A stretch of DNA of 63,607 bases, filler included, from Octopus bimaculoides (GCF_001194135.2; 5 parts of 5 records of this genome joined end to end with filler, not necessarily neighbours in it); one strand, 5' to 3'; positions 39,629-52,228 are shown, counted from the first letter of the whole stretch. Notes: generated by a model from the letters alone, not told the origin. Translations and numbers: made by a program.

Positions 39629-40045
39629 ACATTATTTACATTATTTACATTCGACGGATATTTGTCCTCATCTTGTTTGTTGTTAACACAAACAAGATGA
39701 GGACAACACTTCGCAAATATCTCCTTCGAGTAAGACCACCAATAGAAGAGAATATGACCAAAGACTGCGTGTACTCCATCCCATGCAGCTGTGGTAAGTT
39801 ATACAAGGGCGAAACATGCCGCTCCCTCAAAATAAGGGTAGACGAACATCGCAAAGCTGTGACACGAGCAGATATTCATAATAATAATAATAACATGAAA
39901 AAATACCTTAGGAATGAGAATCCATGTTCGAAATTTCCCCAAGACACCTGAAGAAGGGTATATCAGCCAAAACGTTGTGTTAACAACAAACAGGATGAGG
40001 ACAAATATCCGTCGAATGTAAATAATGTAAATAATATAAATAATG
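39629..40045 (+). mobile_element. Penelope-like element fragment: GIY-YIG endonuclease, pLTR with hammerhead relic, and an inverted terminal arm
   Basis: TKDCVYSIPCSCGKLYKGETCRSLKIRVDEHRK is a PLE GIY-YIG motif; there is an about 62-bp inverted repeat (39629-39691 vs 39975-40037) and the motif GACAC-CTGAAGA..CC-AAA-ACGT-T-GTGTT at 39943-39981. Confidence 0.88.
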
Positions 40046-40244
40046 TTCATAATTCCTCATCTCTTAAATATAGAACTGAATGACAGGTATGTTCTAAAAT
40101 CCAAGAAAGGTGCAACGTTACAATATAATCCAAGTATATAGTGCGATTAAAAGGGTAGTGAACACTGTACAAAATTAACTGGAAACTCCAGGGACGATTT
40201 AGACAATGCCTGAACAGAAGAATTTTTTGCAAGCTTGCTTGGTG

Positions 40245-40378
40245 GAGTGGAGTGTTGAAGAGCGTAGGCTCGAAATGTAAAACACTTTTTCATCTTGCAG
40301 AGCGTTAAACTAATACACCTGTTTGTTGTTTATACACCTGTCTTCGTCTTTTGTTTTTCTGTAAATTTCAACTATATA
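40245..40378 (+). mobile_element. Penelope-like pLTR piece (family shared with 61265-61450)
   Basis: GAAGAGCGTAGGCTCGAAA..GAGCGTTAAACTAATACACCTGTTTGTTG..CCTGTCTTCGTCTTTTG matches the reverse complement of 61265-61400. Confidence 0.6.
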
Positions 40379-41019
40379 CATTATATGTATGAATGTATGT
40401 ATGTATGTATGTATGTATGTATGTATGTATGTATGTATGTATGTATGTATGTATGTATATCTGCGTATGTATTTATATGCATGTATGTACATGTATGTAT
40501 ATGTGTTTGAATTTACTGTACCTGTGAGCTTTAGTGTAAGTTCCTTTTTGGTGTTAGATACAAATCAAGTGGTAGAAAAGATGCGATAGTATATTGGTAC
40601 CTCTACTGATCTTTGAGCAATATCGGCGAAGAAATTGAAAAATAGAACATGAAACGCCATATCACACCACATCGTATCAAATAATATCACATCATTATCT
40701 GTCTGTCTATCTATCGATGTATGTATTTATCTATCAATCTATTCACGTGCATATGTGCGTATATGTGTATGTGCGTATGTGAGTGTGTACATTCATACAA
40801 CGCAATGTCTCTCATCTTGAAAACATGCACACACGCACGCGCGCACACACACAAACACACACACACACACGCATGCACGCACGCTTGCACAGACATTAGA
40901 TTCACATGCACAAATACATACACGAACGCACACGGCCGCTTTTGGAGCACTGTCTATGAAATTCGGTTATACGTTACTAAATCATATATGTTATCATAAT
41001 ATCGCATTCTAATACATAA

Positions 41020-41235
41020 GGGCAGCGAACTGGCAGAACCATAAACACGCCAGGCAAAATGCTTCTCGGTAGTCCGTCCGTGTTTACGTTATGATTTCAA
41101 GTACCGCCGGGGACGATTTTGTCTTTCGTCCCTCCTGGGTCAATGTAATATGTACCAGTGAAGCACTGGGGTGGATGCAATCGACAAGCACTTTCCCCGA
41201 AATTCCTCGCCTTGTGTCAAAATTTGAAACCAATA
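41020..41235 (+). mobile_element. SINE family A copy
   Basis: GGCAGCGAACTGGCAGAAC..TTGTGTCAAAATTTGAAACCAAT. Confidence 0.8.
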
Positions 41236-41335
41236 TATAACCTATCCATCTATATGATTTGTCTTATAAATTCAACCATTAGTCTATATTATATTGTAAA
41301 CTTTCACACAAAGACGCGCGCACGCACGCACACAG

Positions 41336-41421
<86 letters not shown>

Positions 41422-42269
41422 CAAATAAAACTTTGTATTAAAACATTTACTTTTTTATTTTATTAATTTAACATCCAACAGAATTCAAATCTGTCTGAAG
41501 TATGATCTAAGAGTTATTTCCCTTTGAAGTTTTAAATTTGTTTTCCTCTACCGGTAAATATATTTTTTATTGTCTGTTTATAATAGTGTTAGATGTTGCT
41601 TACATTATTTGTGAACACGGATTAGTGTTTGACTTCTACGAAAGGCTCTGTTTAGATCTGTCTCTGTAGGTCTGAATTTATATTACGATAGAACAATTGT
41701 TGCCTTTGATCATTTGGTTTTACGAAGATGTATGTCAGATATTTATTGAACTGAATATATAGATTATCCGCGTCGCCTTCAAGTTTTTTATGTGCCGTTA
41801 CGTACATAAACTTACATGTGTGCGCTTACAAACATAAATTTGTACAGTCATACATATGTAGTTACAAAGAAAGTGGAGTATTCATGAGTTATGTCCCATG
41901 CACAAGCTGACATGGGACATAACTCTGACAGTACTTTGCCAAGCTTTTGAGGTTGGAGTGGCTTAGAAACCAACTGTTTTTTTGTTCTGGAAATTCAGTT
42001 TAACATATTTCAACGTAAATTGACGTTATAGTTCTGAAGATATATACAAAAACTGATATTTCTGTTCTATCAAGCCTCTTAAATAACCCTAATGTAAATG
42101 ATATATACTTTTTGAGAAGAGCTTTAACTAGTGTATGCGAAAAGTTAACGCATAACATGAAATGTGACTGTATACGTTGCTTAATGCTTGCATTATATTT
42201 CGTGTACGTCTCACTTTTATCACCAGCAGGCCATTCCAGTGTGTTATCACAGCACAGCAGTGTGGGAAG

Positions 42270-42345
42270 CCGATAATAATACTTTTTCTCTGACCTCTTG
42301 GACTATTTTCTGTTTGCTAAAATGAAGAATTGTGGCAACAGCCTG
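42270..42345 (+). mobile_element. Possible tiny mariner transposase relic
   Basis: ..LLDYFLFAKMKN resembles the (YSPDLAPS)DYFLFPKMK motif. Confidence 0.3.
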
Positions 42346-42501
42346 TATAGGTTGATAAAGTATCTCGACTTCTTTATTCATTGGCATCGCCTTATATATT
42401 TCGCTTACTTCTCCCCTGCACTGCTTCAGGATCTCTTAATGCATACCTGCATACACACAAACATATGTGTGTATGTGTGTATGTTTGTATTTATATATAT
42501 G

Positions 42502-42532
<31 letters not shown>

Positions 42533-42810
42533 ATATTATATATATGTAAATAAATTCTATCTATGGATTATTGTTATTATTATTATCATTTATTCTACAT
42601 TATATCGGTACAGCTCGATGCAAACTGAAATAATTGATTCACCAGTTAGCATCATTTGACTGTGACCGGCATAATGGAATAGGCGCTATATTTGGATATT
42701 CAAAACGTTTCCCTCCTGAAACAAGCACGTATAGATGCTATACAGAAGATTTGTTTTACAGGACTTAATAAACTCTTAAATCCCGTAAAACACATCTTCT
42801 GTGTGTTTTC

Positions 42811-42853
<43 letters not shown>

Positions 42854-42982
42854 NNNNNNNNNNNNNNNNNNNNNNNNNNNNNNNNNNNNNNNNNNNNNNN
42901 NNNNNNNNNNNNNNNNNNNNNNNNNNNNNNNNNNNNNNNNNNNNNNNNNNNNNNNNNNNNNNNNNNNNNNNNNNNNNNNNNN

Positions 42983-43055
<73 letters not shown>

Positions 43056-43889
43056 CGAGAGAGAGTGAGAGGGAGCGAGAAGAGCAGAGAAGGAAGAGAG
43101 ATAAGGGAGGTAATAACACAGTAGCTTATATAATGCAGATTTCACTGGCATTATGCTAAACACTTTTCACTCTAGCTAATATATAAAGAGTTGCTTCCTC
43201 TTCCCTGCTTATATTTCTTTAGTTTGAACTGCGCACACAAATAAACAAGCACGTATAGATACTATACACATACGCAAACATTATGCGTACCCGTACGCAG
43301 ATGCTAATGAGTGAACAAATGAAAGTAGCACTCAACACATTTGGTACGCTCGTGACTTAAACTTATCCCACAGGGGTCTAGCACCCGATAAAAAGGACCT
43401 GCCCTATGCATCCACGAAACTTCAAATCATGTGGAACTGATTTAAACTGTTATCTATCTATCTATAATAATAATTGATGAAGGAAACAGAAGATAGATTT
43501 GGCTCTAGTCTTTATTCAGTCCGACGATCGTTTCGACTGATCCTCCAATTGACCGTTATGGGTAGGAATTTGCGCTTCTAATTGTGTCGCATCAATCTGT
43601 GCAGTTTGTGTCACATCAGGTACATGCAGAAAGAAGGGGATATATTCACATACATACACAAATACAATGCATGTATGTATATATGTATGCATGTGTATAT
43701 ATATATATATATATATGTATGCATGCACGTACGTATGTGTTCCTTGGGATCCAACTAACCTGGTCTGTCTTAAAATATTTTTAACTTCTCGATAAATCCC
43801 AAAATAATCGAGAACTGTTAATTTTCTTCAGATTATTTTAACATTAAAATACCTGTACAATATGGCTGTAAACTCATCAGGACATATTT

Positions 43890-43953
43890 GTATCTCTTCG
43901 TATCTCTTCGTATCTCTTCGTTTCTCTTCGTATCTCTTCATATCTCTTCGTAT
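43890..43953. repeat. (GTATCTCTTC)n 10-bp tandem repeat, about 6 copies
   Basis: Direct reading. Confidence 0.95.
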
Positions 43954-44169
43954 TGAGCTTATTTAGTTTCATCCATTCTTATTTATCTCTGGAGGTTATT
44001 CTTCACGATACTGTTTAATTCTCTTGTCTTAAACTCACATTTTTTTCCCGTAGATGCCTTATTTACCTTACGAAAAATTGTGCACCTCATGCTCCGAACA
44101 TCATACATTTTATTAAACTTTTATACTATCTTGGACTATAACACTTTGTTACACATTAGTTTCACATTT

Positions 44170-44345
44170 TAGCACAGGGCCGGAAATTTTTGAGGAGGCG
44201 TAGTCGATTACATCGACCCCAGAGCTCAAGTGTTATTTGTTTTTTCAACCGCGAAAGGATGACAAGCGAAGTCGATGTTAACGTATAGTCATACGAAATG
44301 CCGCTAAGCATTTAGCTCAGCGTGATAACGATACTGCCAGCTCGC
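44170..44345 (-). mobile_element. SINE family A copy
   Basis: GTCGATTACATCGACCCCAG..GAAAGGATGA..CTAAGCATTT..ACGATACTGCCAGCTCGC. Confidence 0.8.
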
Positions 44346-44628
44346 TGTCTTAACACTTTACAATACATTTATTATCGATATGTATTACTTGTCGCTCATT
44401 TTTCCCGAGGAAAAATAGGGCTAAGAAGCCGCAAAGCGCATAATCAAGGAATCTATGTAAAGCGACAACTCTACCAGCAAATCTTGCGATTATTTTCGCT
44501 AAATACGTACCTTTTAAAGAAATAATTACAAAACTAGGCAAAACTAGGCATTCTGGCCGGCATATGCCTCAGTTCTATATTAAAACATAATTTTATCTTT
44601 GAGAGATAAATGATAAACCGTTTTGGGG

Positions 44629-44905
44629 GCGCTCCGTCTATCACGACGACGAGAGTTCAAGTTGATTCAATCAAAAAAAAAAGAAGAGAATGCTCGTGAA
44701 ATTAACGTGCAAGTGGCTGAGTACTCCACAGAAACGCGTAATCTTAACGTAGTTCTTAGGGAGATCCAGCGTGACACAGAATACGACAAGGCTGGCCCTT
44801 TGAATTACAGGTGAAACTCATTTTTGCCATCTGAGTGAAATGAAGCAACGTGAAAAAAAATGTCTTGCTCAAGGCCGCAGTGCGCTGCCAGGAATCGATT
44901 CCCGG
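44629..44905 (-). mobile_element. SINE family B copy, head truncated
   Basis: Reverse complement of the family B body (CTCGTGAAATTAACGTGCAAGTGGCTGAG..). Confidence 0.85.
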
Positions 44906-44907
44906 CA

Positions 44908-45350
44908 TAACGTATTTACTCGTGTATAAACCGCACCCTAATTTAGTGTAAGATTCCAGGGCAAAATTTATTCTGTTAATAGATTTAGTGTTGCACCAAG
45001 TTTAAGTCATACTCCAATTTTTCAGATAAAACCAAGTATAAAATGATGTGACCTAAACACGATTAAATACGCACTTCACTAAAAACAAATCCACCATATG
45101 TGAACGGATCATATTCATTTGTATTGCATTAAAATAAAGAAGGCATAATCCTCTGAAATTACCAGTCATCATCCGTAACACAAGTCAATGTATGGTTGCA
45201 GAGATCCGGATGTCTACGCCATTCCTGTATTCCAGAATATTCCATTACTTTCACGTGCGATTCTTTAGTGAAATGAACTCGTCTAAAGATAAACTAAATC
45301 TTGATCCGGATTTAGGTGACTTAACACTCGAGAATAAACTTTAATCTTGA
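44908..45350. mobile_element. Possible pogo/Tigger-like DNA transposon relic
   Basis: CGTATTTACTCGTGTATAAACCGCAC resembles Tigger/MER2-type termini; the minus strand has a weak TSGSLQP.D motif. Confidence 0.35.
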
Positions 45351-46096
45351 TGAGAATGCGTACTTTATTGTAAATTCCATCAAGTTAAACACACCTTTAT
45401 AATAGCTATCTTGAAAAACCAAATTAACAGCGGTATTCGCTTGGAGATAATGTATCTCAACTTAGAGAAGCGGTTATTCTACAAATTAAATGTCAGCCTA
45501 CTATTGAGTAGCACTATAGTGGAACGAATACATTTTTCAAAAATAGAAAAGAAAAAAGGTGACAAATGCCTGACAGTGTTATTGGGGCTGTTTATGTTAA
45601 TTTCTTCGGCAAAGTAAAAGTTTTGATTCACACATTTGGTGCACCTTTTAAATCTATGTCTTGTGAAGAAAGATGATATTTAACGAAGGATTAACTGCCT
45701 ATCCAGCTCCGACGTTGAAAAACTAGAGGTTGTTGTTAAAGTTGATAAGGCTGAAATATCAAAAATATTATTAGACAACGAGTTGAGATTTTTGTGAAAC
45801 TTCAAAAGGAAACGCGAAACATTCGCAACAAAAATTGAAAACAGTAATACTGAATATTTTTTATTGTTACAAAACTCATGACCATTCCATATACGTCGAT
45901 AGATATCGAGAGAAGAATTCTGCTGCAGAACATTTTGTAACCTAAACTAAGAACTTGTTTGAGTGAGCACTGCGTCGTTCACATTTGTTTTCTGAAATCT
46001 TATGAAAATCATTATAATACCATGCTTTTTCATATCCATTATATTTTAAATGCAATAGACGAATATGAAACAGCTTATAATGTATGTATATAGTGC

Positions 46097-46139
<43 letters not shown>

Positions 46140-46505
46140 ATTTTATCAAGTAGTCACCGTGCAAAACTATTAAGGAAAATATTAATACGAAGTATATAAC
46201 TTTTTTCTTTATACATGAAATACATTATTATATTATGGACTTTTACTATAAGTAACGCCACACGCCGTAAGGGGACTTTAGAGTCCTCTTAAAGCGTGTG
46301 GCGTTACTTATAATAATAGCCCTTGTTATAGTATATATATATATAATTACACACACACATATGTATTTATAAATATATACCTATAAACTCTGTAGTAGAT
46401 TATAAACAGAGGTGATTAAGCTATTTCTCCGTGGACTGAAGAAAATGAATACCCTTAATCGATTTTCAAATGTTATTGGATTCTGATGATCTCTCTCTCT
46501 CTCTT

Positions 46506-46546
<41 letters not shown>

Positions 46547-47438
46547 TAATATATATATATAAATAAATATATATATTTAGATACATATATACATATAAAT
46601 ACACACATATGTACATATATTTACACCCCCCTCACACACACACACTCACACACACACACACACTCACACATACACACACTCACACACACACACACACACA
46701 CACATATGCATTTATGCATATGTACTTACACATGTATACGCACACATTTATATATAAACACATATATATGTGTATATGTGTGAATAAACGTATGCATATT
46801 TTGAATACGTATAATCTTTATTGACTGTCTTCCTGCACATGATCAAAGTTATTTCCCCTTGTTGTTTACTAGCAGGGATACTAAACTACAAAATTTCGAT
46901 ACCAGTTTGTAACAATTTTCAAACTAAAGCACGAACTTTATAGCATCACGTTTACTCACCCATGTATACCTGTCGCTTTCTACCTATAAATAACGTATTG
47001 AAATCCATTTTCCAAAATTAATTTCTGTAGACACAGGAATAGAAATATTACTGCAAGTCTTGTAACTTGCAACGCTATATGTAGCAGAATTTGCACACCA
47101 GAAAAAAATTCTTTATATAAAAATGCAACAATATCATAACTATACATCTACCTATTCACTTCTCTTATCATTATCTAGTTGTCCGTCCCTATAGCCATCG
47201 ATCAAGTTTGTTTAACCAATTGTACTATTTTTGCATTTGTTTTTTTTTTATTTTTAATTACAGAATTCAGGTGAATGGATATTTTGAGGGTGATATGCTG
47301 GAGCAAGTCTGATTTGGAAATAAATATATAAGAATATGTCTTAGAAAGAAAGAAAAAATGAGCTAATGAAACATGTGTTATCACTTTAGGGCGTGTAATT
47401 TATAATTCAAACATAATTGCAGTGTAGACAGAGTAAAC

Positions 47439-47610
47439 AAGGGATTAAGAAATAATGCATAAAGTCTCTTATAGCTGTTTCTTGAATCTTCCTTTGAAAC
47501 GACGGAGTAGTTGGCTTATATGGAAATCTTTTCTCAATGTTTAATCCCCCATATGCACAACTATGCAAGAAACAGCTGTAAGAGATTTAATGCATTAATT
47601 CTTTACCCTT
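47439..47610. mobile_element. Small MITE-like inverted repeat (about 45-bp arms)
   Basis: AAGGGATTAAGAAATAATGCATAAAGTCTCTTATAGCTGTTTCTTG matches the reverse complement of 47566-47610. Confidence 0.7.
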
Positions 47611-47977
47611 TATTTATTTTATTCTGCAATTGTGTTTGAATTATAATTAGATGCTCTAAGATGATACCGTATGCTTTGCTTATTCATTCTTTCTCTCTAA
47701 TATATATTTACCTGATCAATGATGAACCACTAATAGTCATTCTTTGTTAGGACGTTATAATACACCTTTGTTTTAGTTGCAGTTCAAGTCGAAGTTTTAG
47801 TCGTAAGCCAATCCGAATTCTTATCGTACATAATTATCACATTACGTCATTATTGGGTATTTTCTTTTATATATAAGCATATATACAGAAATTATTTTAT
47901 CACAGTACAACGAATTGATGTAGTTATATTTGTTTTAGTTATTAAGAAACACGTGAGACTGTATTCAGCTGCTAGTT

Positions 47978-48019
<42 letters not shown>

Positions 48020-49106
48020 CCCATATCCTACGTAAAATACTGTCTATGTGATCTCAAATTTTAAAGCAAACACATAATTTTCTTATGGTTTCTTAAACAT
48101 TCACTTGAACAAAACTGTACAAATCCAAATATATGGTACCCTAGGCATAACACCTACATGAACTTCTAACTTGTTGTCTCTTGAGGTCTCTGGGTGAGAC
48201 TTGGATCCAACTTGTACAAATGCAAAACAAAAGTCAAACATAAAATAATAATAATAATAACAGCATAATTGGAAGTGTAAAGATGAGAGAATTAACCACA
48301 ATTCTTGACTAGTAGTTAAATCGACTTAGCAAGGACTTCAACTTAGAACAAAAATGACGTAACTACAATACATAATGCACGGCATTTTATCTTGTGCTCT
48401 ACCGATTCAAATATGAAGATGAAAAATATATGAGATATGGATTCTGTCATGAATATGATTTTAAAAAATATGGAGGTGAAAATAAGAACGATTTTAAAAA
48501 TAACGATCTACAACTTTCCAAAATATACAATTTTTATTTATTTTTTAAACATTTTTATTATATTTCTTACAGATTTTCTTTCACTCTCTTTTTCTCGTAT
48601 TTTCTTTCCAAATATCATTTAAAATTAACTCAACAAATACAAGAAATGTTTGTTTATTAGCCCATATTTGCCCAAAGCACAATCAAGCTGATTTTACTAA
48701 CGAGAGAAACCTGGAGTACCAAATATATCAAAGAATCACAAAATTTTTCACAAGAAGGGTTACTCTCCTTGTCTAGGTTTATAATAAAATTTAAAAATTA
48801 ACAAGTACCAAAAGCAAAACAGATTGGCATTAATTTTTAAGGTTTAGGTTCTGGAGCGGGGTAATACTGAAAGGGAGTGATTTCGAATTTATTTCCAAAG
48901 AATTCTATTACATTTTTATATTTATTTAGTTAATTTATTCTTAGAAATTGCAGAATATAACAAAAATAAATAAATAAATATATAAATAAATAGATAAATA
49001 AATAAATGTTAAATAAATAACTGTTACACTTATTTCATAAATTACAATATTTTTCACAAATTTAAATTGAGAATTACCAAATATAGTTCTCAATTTAATT
49101 GAATTA

Positions 49107-49167
<61 letters not shown>

Positions 49168-49971
49168 GGTTAAAAACTACAAGGCAAGTCCAACCAGAAG
49201 ATCGAATTCCCTCTGGCGGCTGTGGTAAAAGAGAATAGGGAATAGTGCAATGGAGAAGTTTTAAGGGGTCTCAATACAATGCTTTTCATCTCTCACTAAT
49301 TGCTTACCGACTTTTTCAAGTACTAATAAGAACATGAGGATGGAGAGAAGTACTGCCCTCTAGTAAATGTGTTAACAGGTAGTTGAGAATGGCAAGCATG
49401 GCTTGATTGATTGTGACAACATTGAACGTGCGGCTGCGGACCAAACACAGCGAGTGGAAGAGCGCATGTGCCCCGATTGAAAACCAGCGTAATCCTGGAT
49501 CTGTAGAGTAGGATTGCCCCAAGATGACTGCTCTCCCGTATTAGAACACATATTGTAATTATTACTATATTTCATTTCATTTCCTCGATGTAGTATCCTC
49601 ATCTAGCATTTTGTCCTCCATTCCGGTAATCCCATGCCTATCCGTCGCCCTTCTCGCAAAAATAGAAGTCATTACATTATTATTATTTTGGAAATTAAAA
49701 TTATTAATTATCATTATTATTATTATTATTAATGATAGTATTATTATTACTATTATTGTTGTTGTTGTTAATTATTGGTATTATTGTTATTAATATAAAT
49801 GCTATTATTAACATTAAGTAAGTATAAACTTTCATTAAATAGACGTAGCGTCTTATTTCGAGAAAATGTAAATTGAATATTCTGGCGTTTGTTATTCCCA
49901 TGGGAATTATCAAAATATTTTAAGCGGTTCCATAATAGAACTCAAGTTATTTCATATCACAAAAGATAATG

Positions 49972-50009
<38 letters not shown>

Positions 50010-50220
50010 TCTTTCTACAATAAGCAAAAAGGTCAGAAATTATGAGGTACAGGGTTTTAGTTGACACTAAAGACCCAGTACTTTACTGGTATTCTATTTT
50101 ATCGACCTCGAGGAGATGAAATGAAAAATCAACCTTAACGAGATTTGAACTCAGAAGCGTAAAGAACTTGAATTAAAATCACGAAGCATTTCGTCCGACG
50201 CTCTAACGATTCTACCAAAT
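50010..50220 (-). mobile_element. SINE family A copy with (ATT)n tail
   Basis: Reverse-complement family A core; its tail merges with (AAT)n at 49965-50010. Confidence 0.78.
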
Positions 50221-50221
50221 A

Positions 50222-50740
50222 AAATTCTCTGTTTTTGCCACCAGGATTACGTATTTGAGATAGAGGAACATTACAAGGGAAATTACAGAAAAACGGTGGC
50301 GTTTTCTTATGGTGGATTAAGGAAAAAAAGGCATGGAAATTAAAAATATACAAAAAGGAAAAAATGAAATGAGCGGCCCAACTGGGAGACAGCCTTTCAG
50401 GACCATCCCAGAAGCCCCATAGATCCAAAATTATTCTGTCTACCAAGTGCAACTTCCCTCGCCCAACTGTGTTTTCCTGCCTATTGGCGCATTCTGAGTA
50501 TATGCCCATTAACGTGGGCCATCCTCACCACTCTCACCCACCTTTCACCAAATTCACCAGAAGGCAGCACTTGTCTCTGATCCCTTTCCTTCCTCTTCAA
50601 GCGCAACCCGAAGAAGTGGAAAGGGATTAGTAAAAGAGAAAAGTCCGCGCCTTCAATTCTTTCAACATCTTCCGCAATATGCTCCCTTTCACCATGCATG
50701 ATCACCAGATGGAGGAAAACGCTAACCCCTCCCAATCAAA
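50222..50740 (-). mobile_element. Second, diverged Tx1/L1-clade 3' fragment
   Basis: FFGLRLKRK..RQVL.SGEF.ERWVRVVRMAHVNG is homologous to the C-terminus at 16836-17000, with a similar 3' end (CTGGTGGCAAAAACAGAGAAT). Confidence 0.75.
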
Positions 50741-50744
50741 GGAA

Positions 50745-50965
50745 TTAATGATCATTTCTGGTTTAGACACACGACTAACCATATTTTAGGGAAAGGGGCC
50801 TAGTGGATTCCATCAATCTCAGCACTTGACTTTATTGTATCGATCCCGAAAGGATGAAAGGCGAAGTTAACTTTGGCGGGATTTCAACTCAAAATGTAAA
50901 GAGCCGGATAAAATGCTGTAAAGCATTTTTCCGACGCTCTGACGTTTCTGCCAGCTTGCCGTCCT
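50745..50965 (-). mobile_element. SINE family A copy
   Basis: GATCCCGAAAGGATGAAAGGCGAAGT..TTCTGCCAGCTTGCCG. Confidence 0.8.
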
Positions 50966-50984
50966 GCCAAAGAAATTGTTAATA

Positions 50985-51212
50985 ATAATATTAATTCTTT
51001 TTTTAATTTTGGCATATGTCCAGTAATTTTTAGGAGAGGGAGTAAGTCGATTACATCGACCCCCAGTACGTGACTGGTACTTTATTTTATCGACCTCGAA
51101 AGGATGAAAGGTAAAGTCGACCTGGGTGAAATGTGAATTCAGAACGTAACAAGCCGGAAAAAATGCGCAAGGCATTAAGTCAGGCGCAGAAATGATTCTG
51201 CCAGCGCACCAT
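50985..51212 (-). mobile_element. SINE family A copy
   Basis: GTCGATTACATCGACCCCCAG..GGATGAAAGGTAAAGTCGACC..GATTCTGCCAGCGCACCATCTTAATAAT. Confidence 0.85.
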
Positions 51213-51272
51213 CTTAATAATAATAATAATAATAATAAAAATAATGAAAAAAAATTAATAAATAAAAAATAA

Positions 51273-51326
<54 letters not shown>

Positions 51327-51519
51327 NNNNNNNNNNNNNNNNNNNNNNNNNNNNNNNNNNNNNNNNNNNNTTAATTAATTAANNNNNNNNNNNNNNNNNN
51401 NNNNNNNNNNNNNNNNNNNNNNNNNNGATCTATTTTCTGTATATTTCTTGTGTTTATTGTACCCGTACATCTTTTAAACACAAAAACTATTTTCCCAGTT
51501 AACCTTCCTCTGATATTGC

Positions 51520-51960
51520 TGCACCTCTTATGTGTCCATAGCTTGCACTGCGCACACTGGGTTCCTACCTATGCCTTTTCTACATATCAAGCAGGGCCAT
51601 CTACCTGAAGGGATTTGTGATTTGTCTGTTTTCCTACATGCTTAGACTTTGGTCTTTGCTAATTCAACTGTAAGGCCCTTTGATTCTAGACCTTGCTTCC
51701 AAACCTGGAATTTCTTCTCTGGTTCTGGTGGCGAATCAGAAATAAGAACAATGTCATTAGCATAGTGGAGCTCCAAAGGGCAGCCTGACTTAAATTCTTC
51801 TGTTATGGCCTGAAGGATTATGATGAACAAGAGAGGGCTAAAGACGAATCTTTTGTGAACTCTCAGTTCTTCACTATACTCATTGCCAACCCTAACCTTA
51901 CTGACAGCATCCCTGTCGCTGGCTTGTACAGCTCTCACCAACCACTTATCTATCCCTAGT
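51520..51960 (-). mobile_element. RTE-clade LINE reverse transcriptase fragment
   Basis: SKVRVGNEYSEE..FSPLLFIIILQAITEEFKSGCPLELHYANDIVLI..WKQGLESKGL..KTKV (YADD decayed to YAND). Confidence 0.88.
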
Positions 51961-51999
51961 TACTATGTTGACCACACACACTCACACATATTATACAAT

Positions 52000-52160
52000 A
52001 GGCTTCTTGCAGTTTCCATCTCCCAAATCCACTCAAAAGGCTTTGGTCAGCCCAAGACTGTAGTAGAAAACAGATACTCAAGGTTCCATGCAGTGGGATT
52101 GAACTGAAGACGGTATGGTTGGGAAGCAAGCTTCTTAACCACAAATTAACACCTGCATCT
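52000..52160 (-). mobile_element. SINE family C 5' part
   Basis: GGCTTCTTGCAGTTTCC..CAAATCCACTCA..AAGGCTTTGG..CTTCTTAACCAC. Confidence 0.8.
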
Positions 52161-52228
52161 CTGTAGGATATTTGTCGCCTTTTGTCCACTATTGGGTCAG
52201 TGACCCAGCAATGTCTTATATATTTCAG

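Noticed and set aside
48101-48660. ORFs 48101-48301 (-) and 48394-48660 (+)
   Set aside because: AT-rich low-complexity sequence with weak splice signals and no motif.
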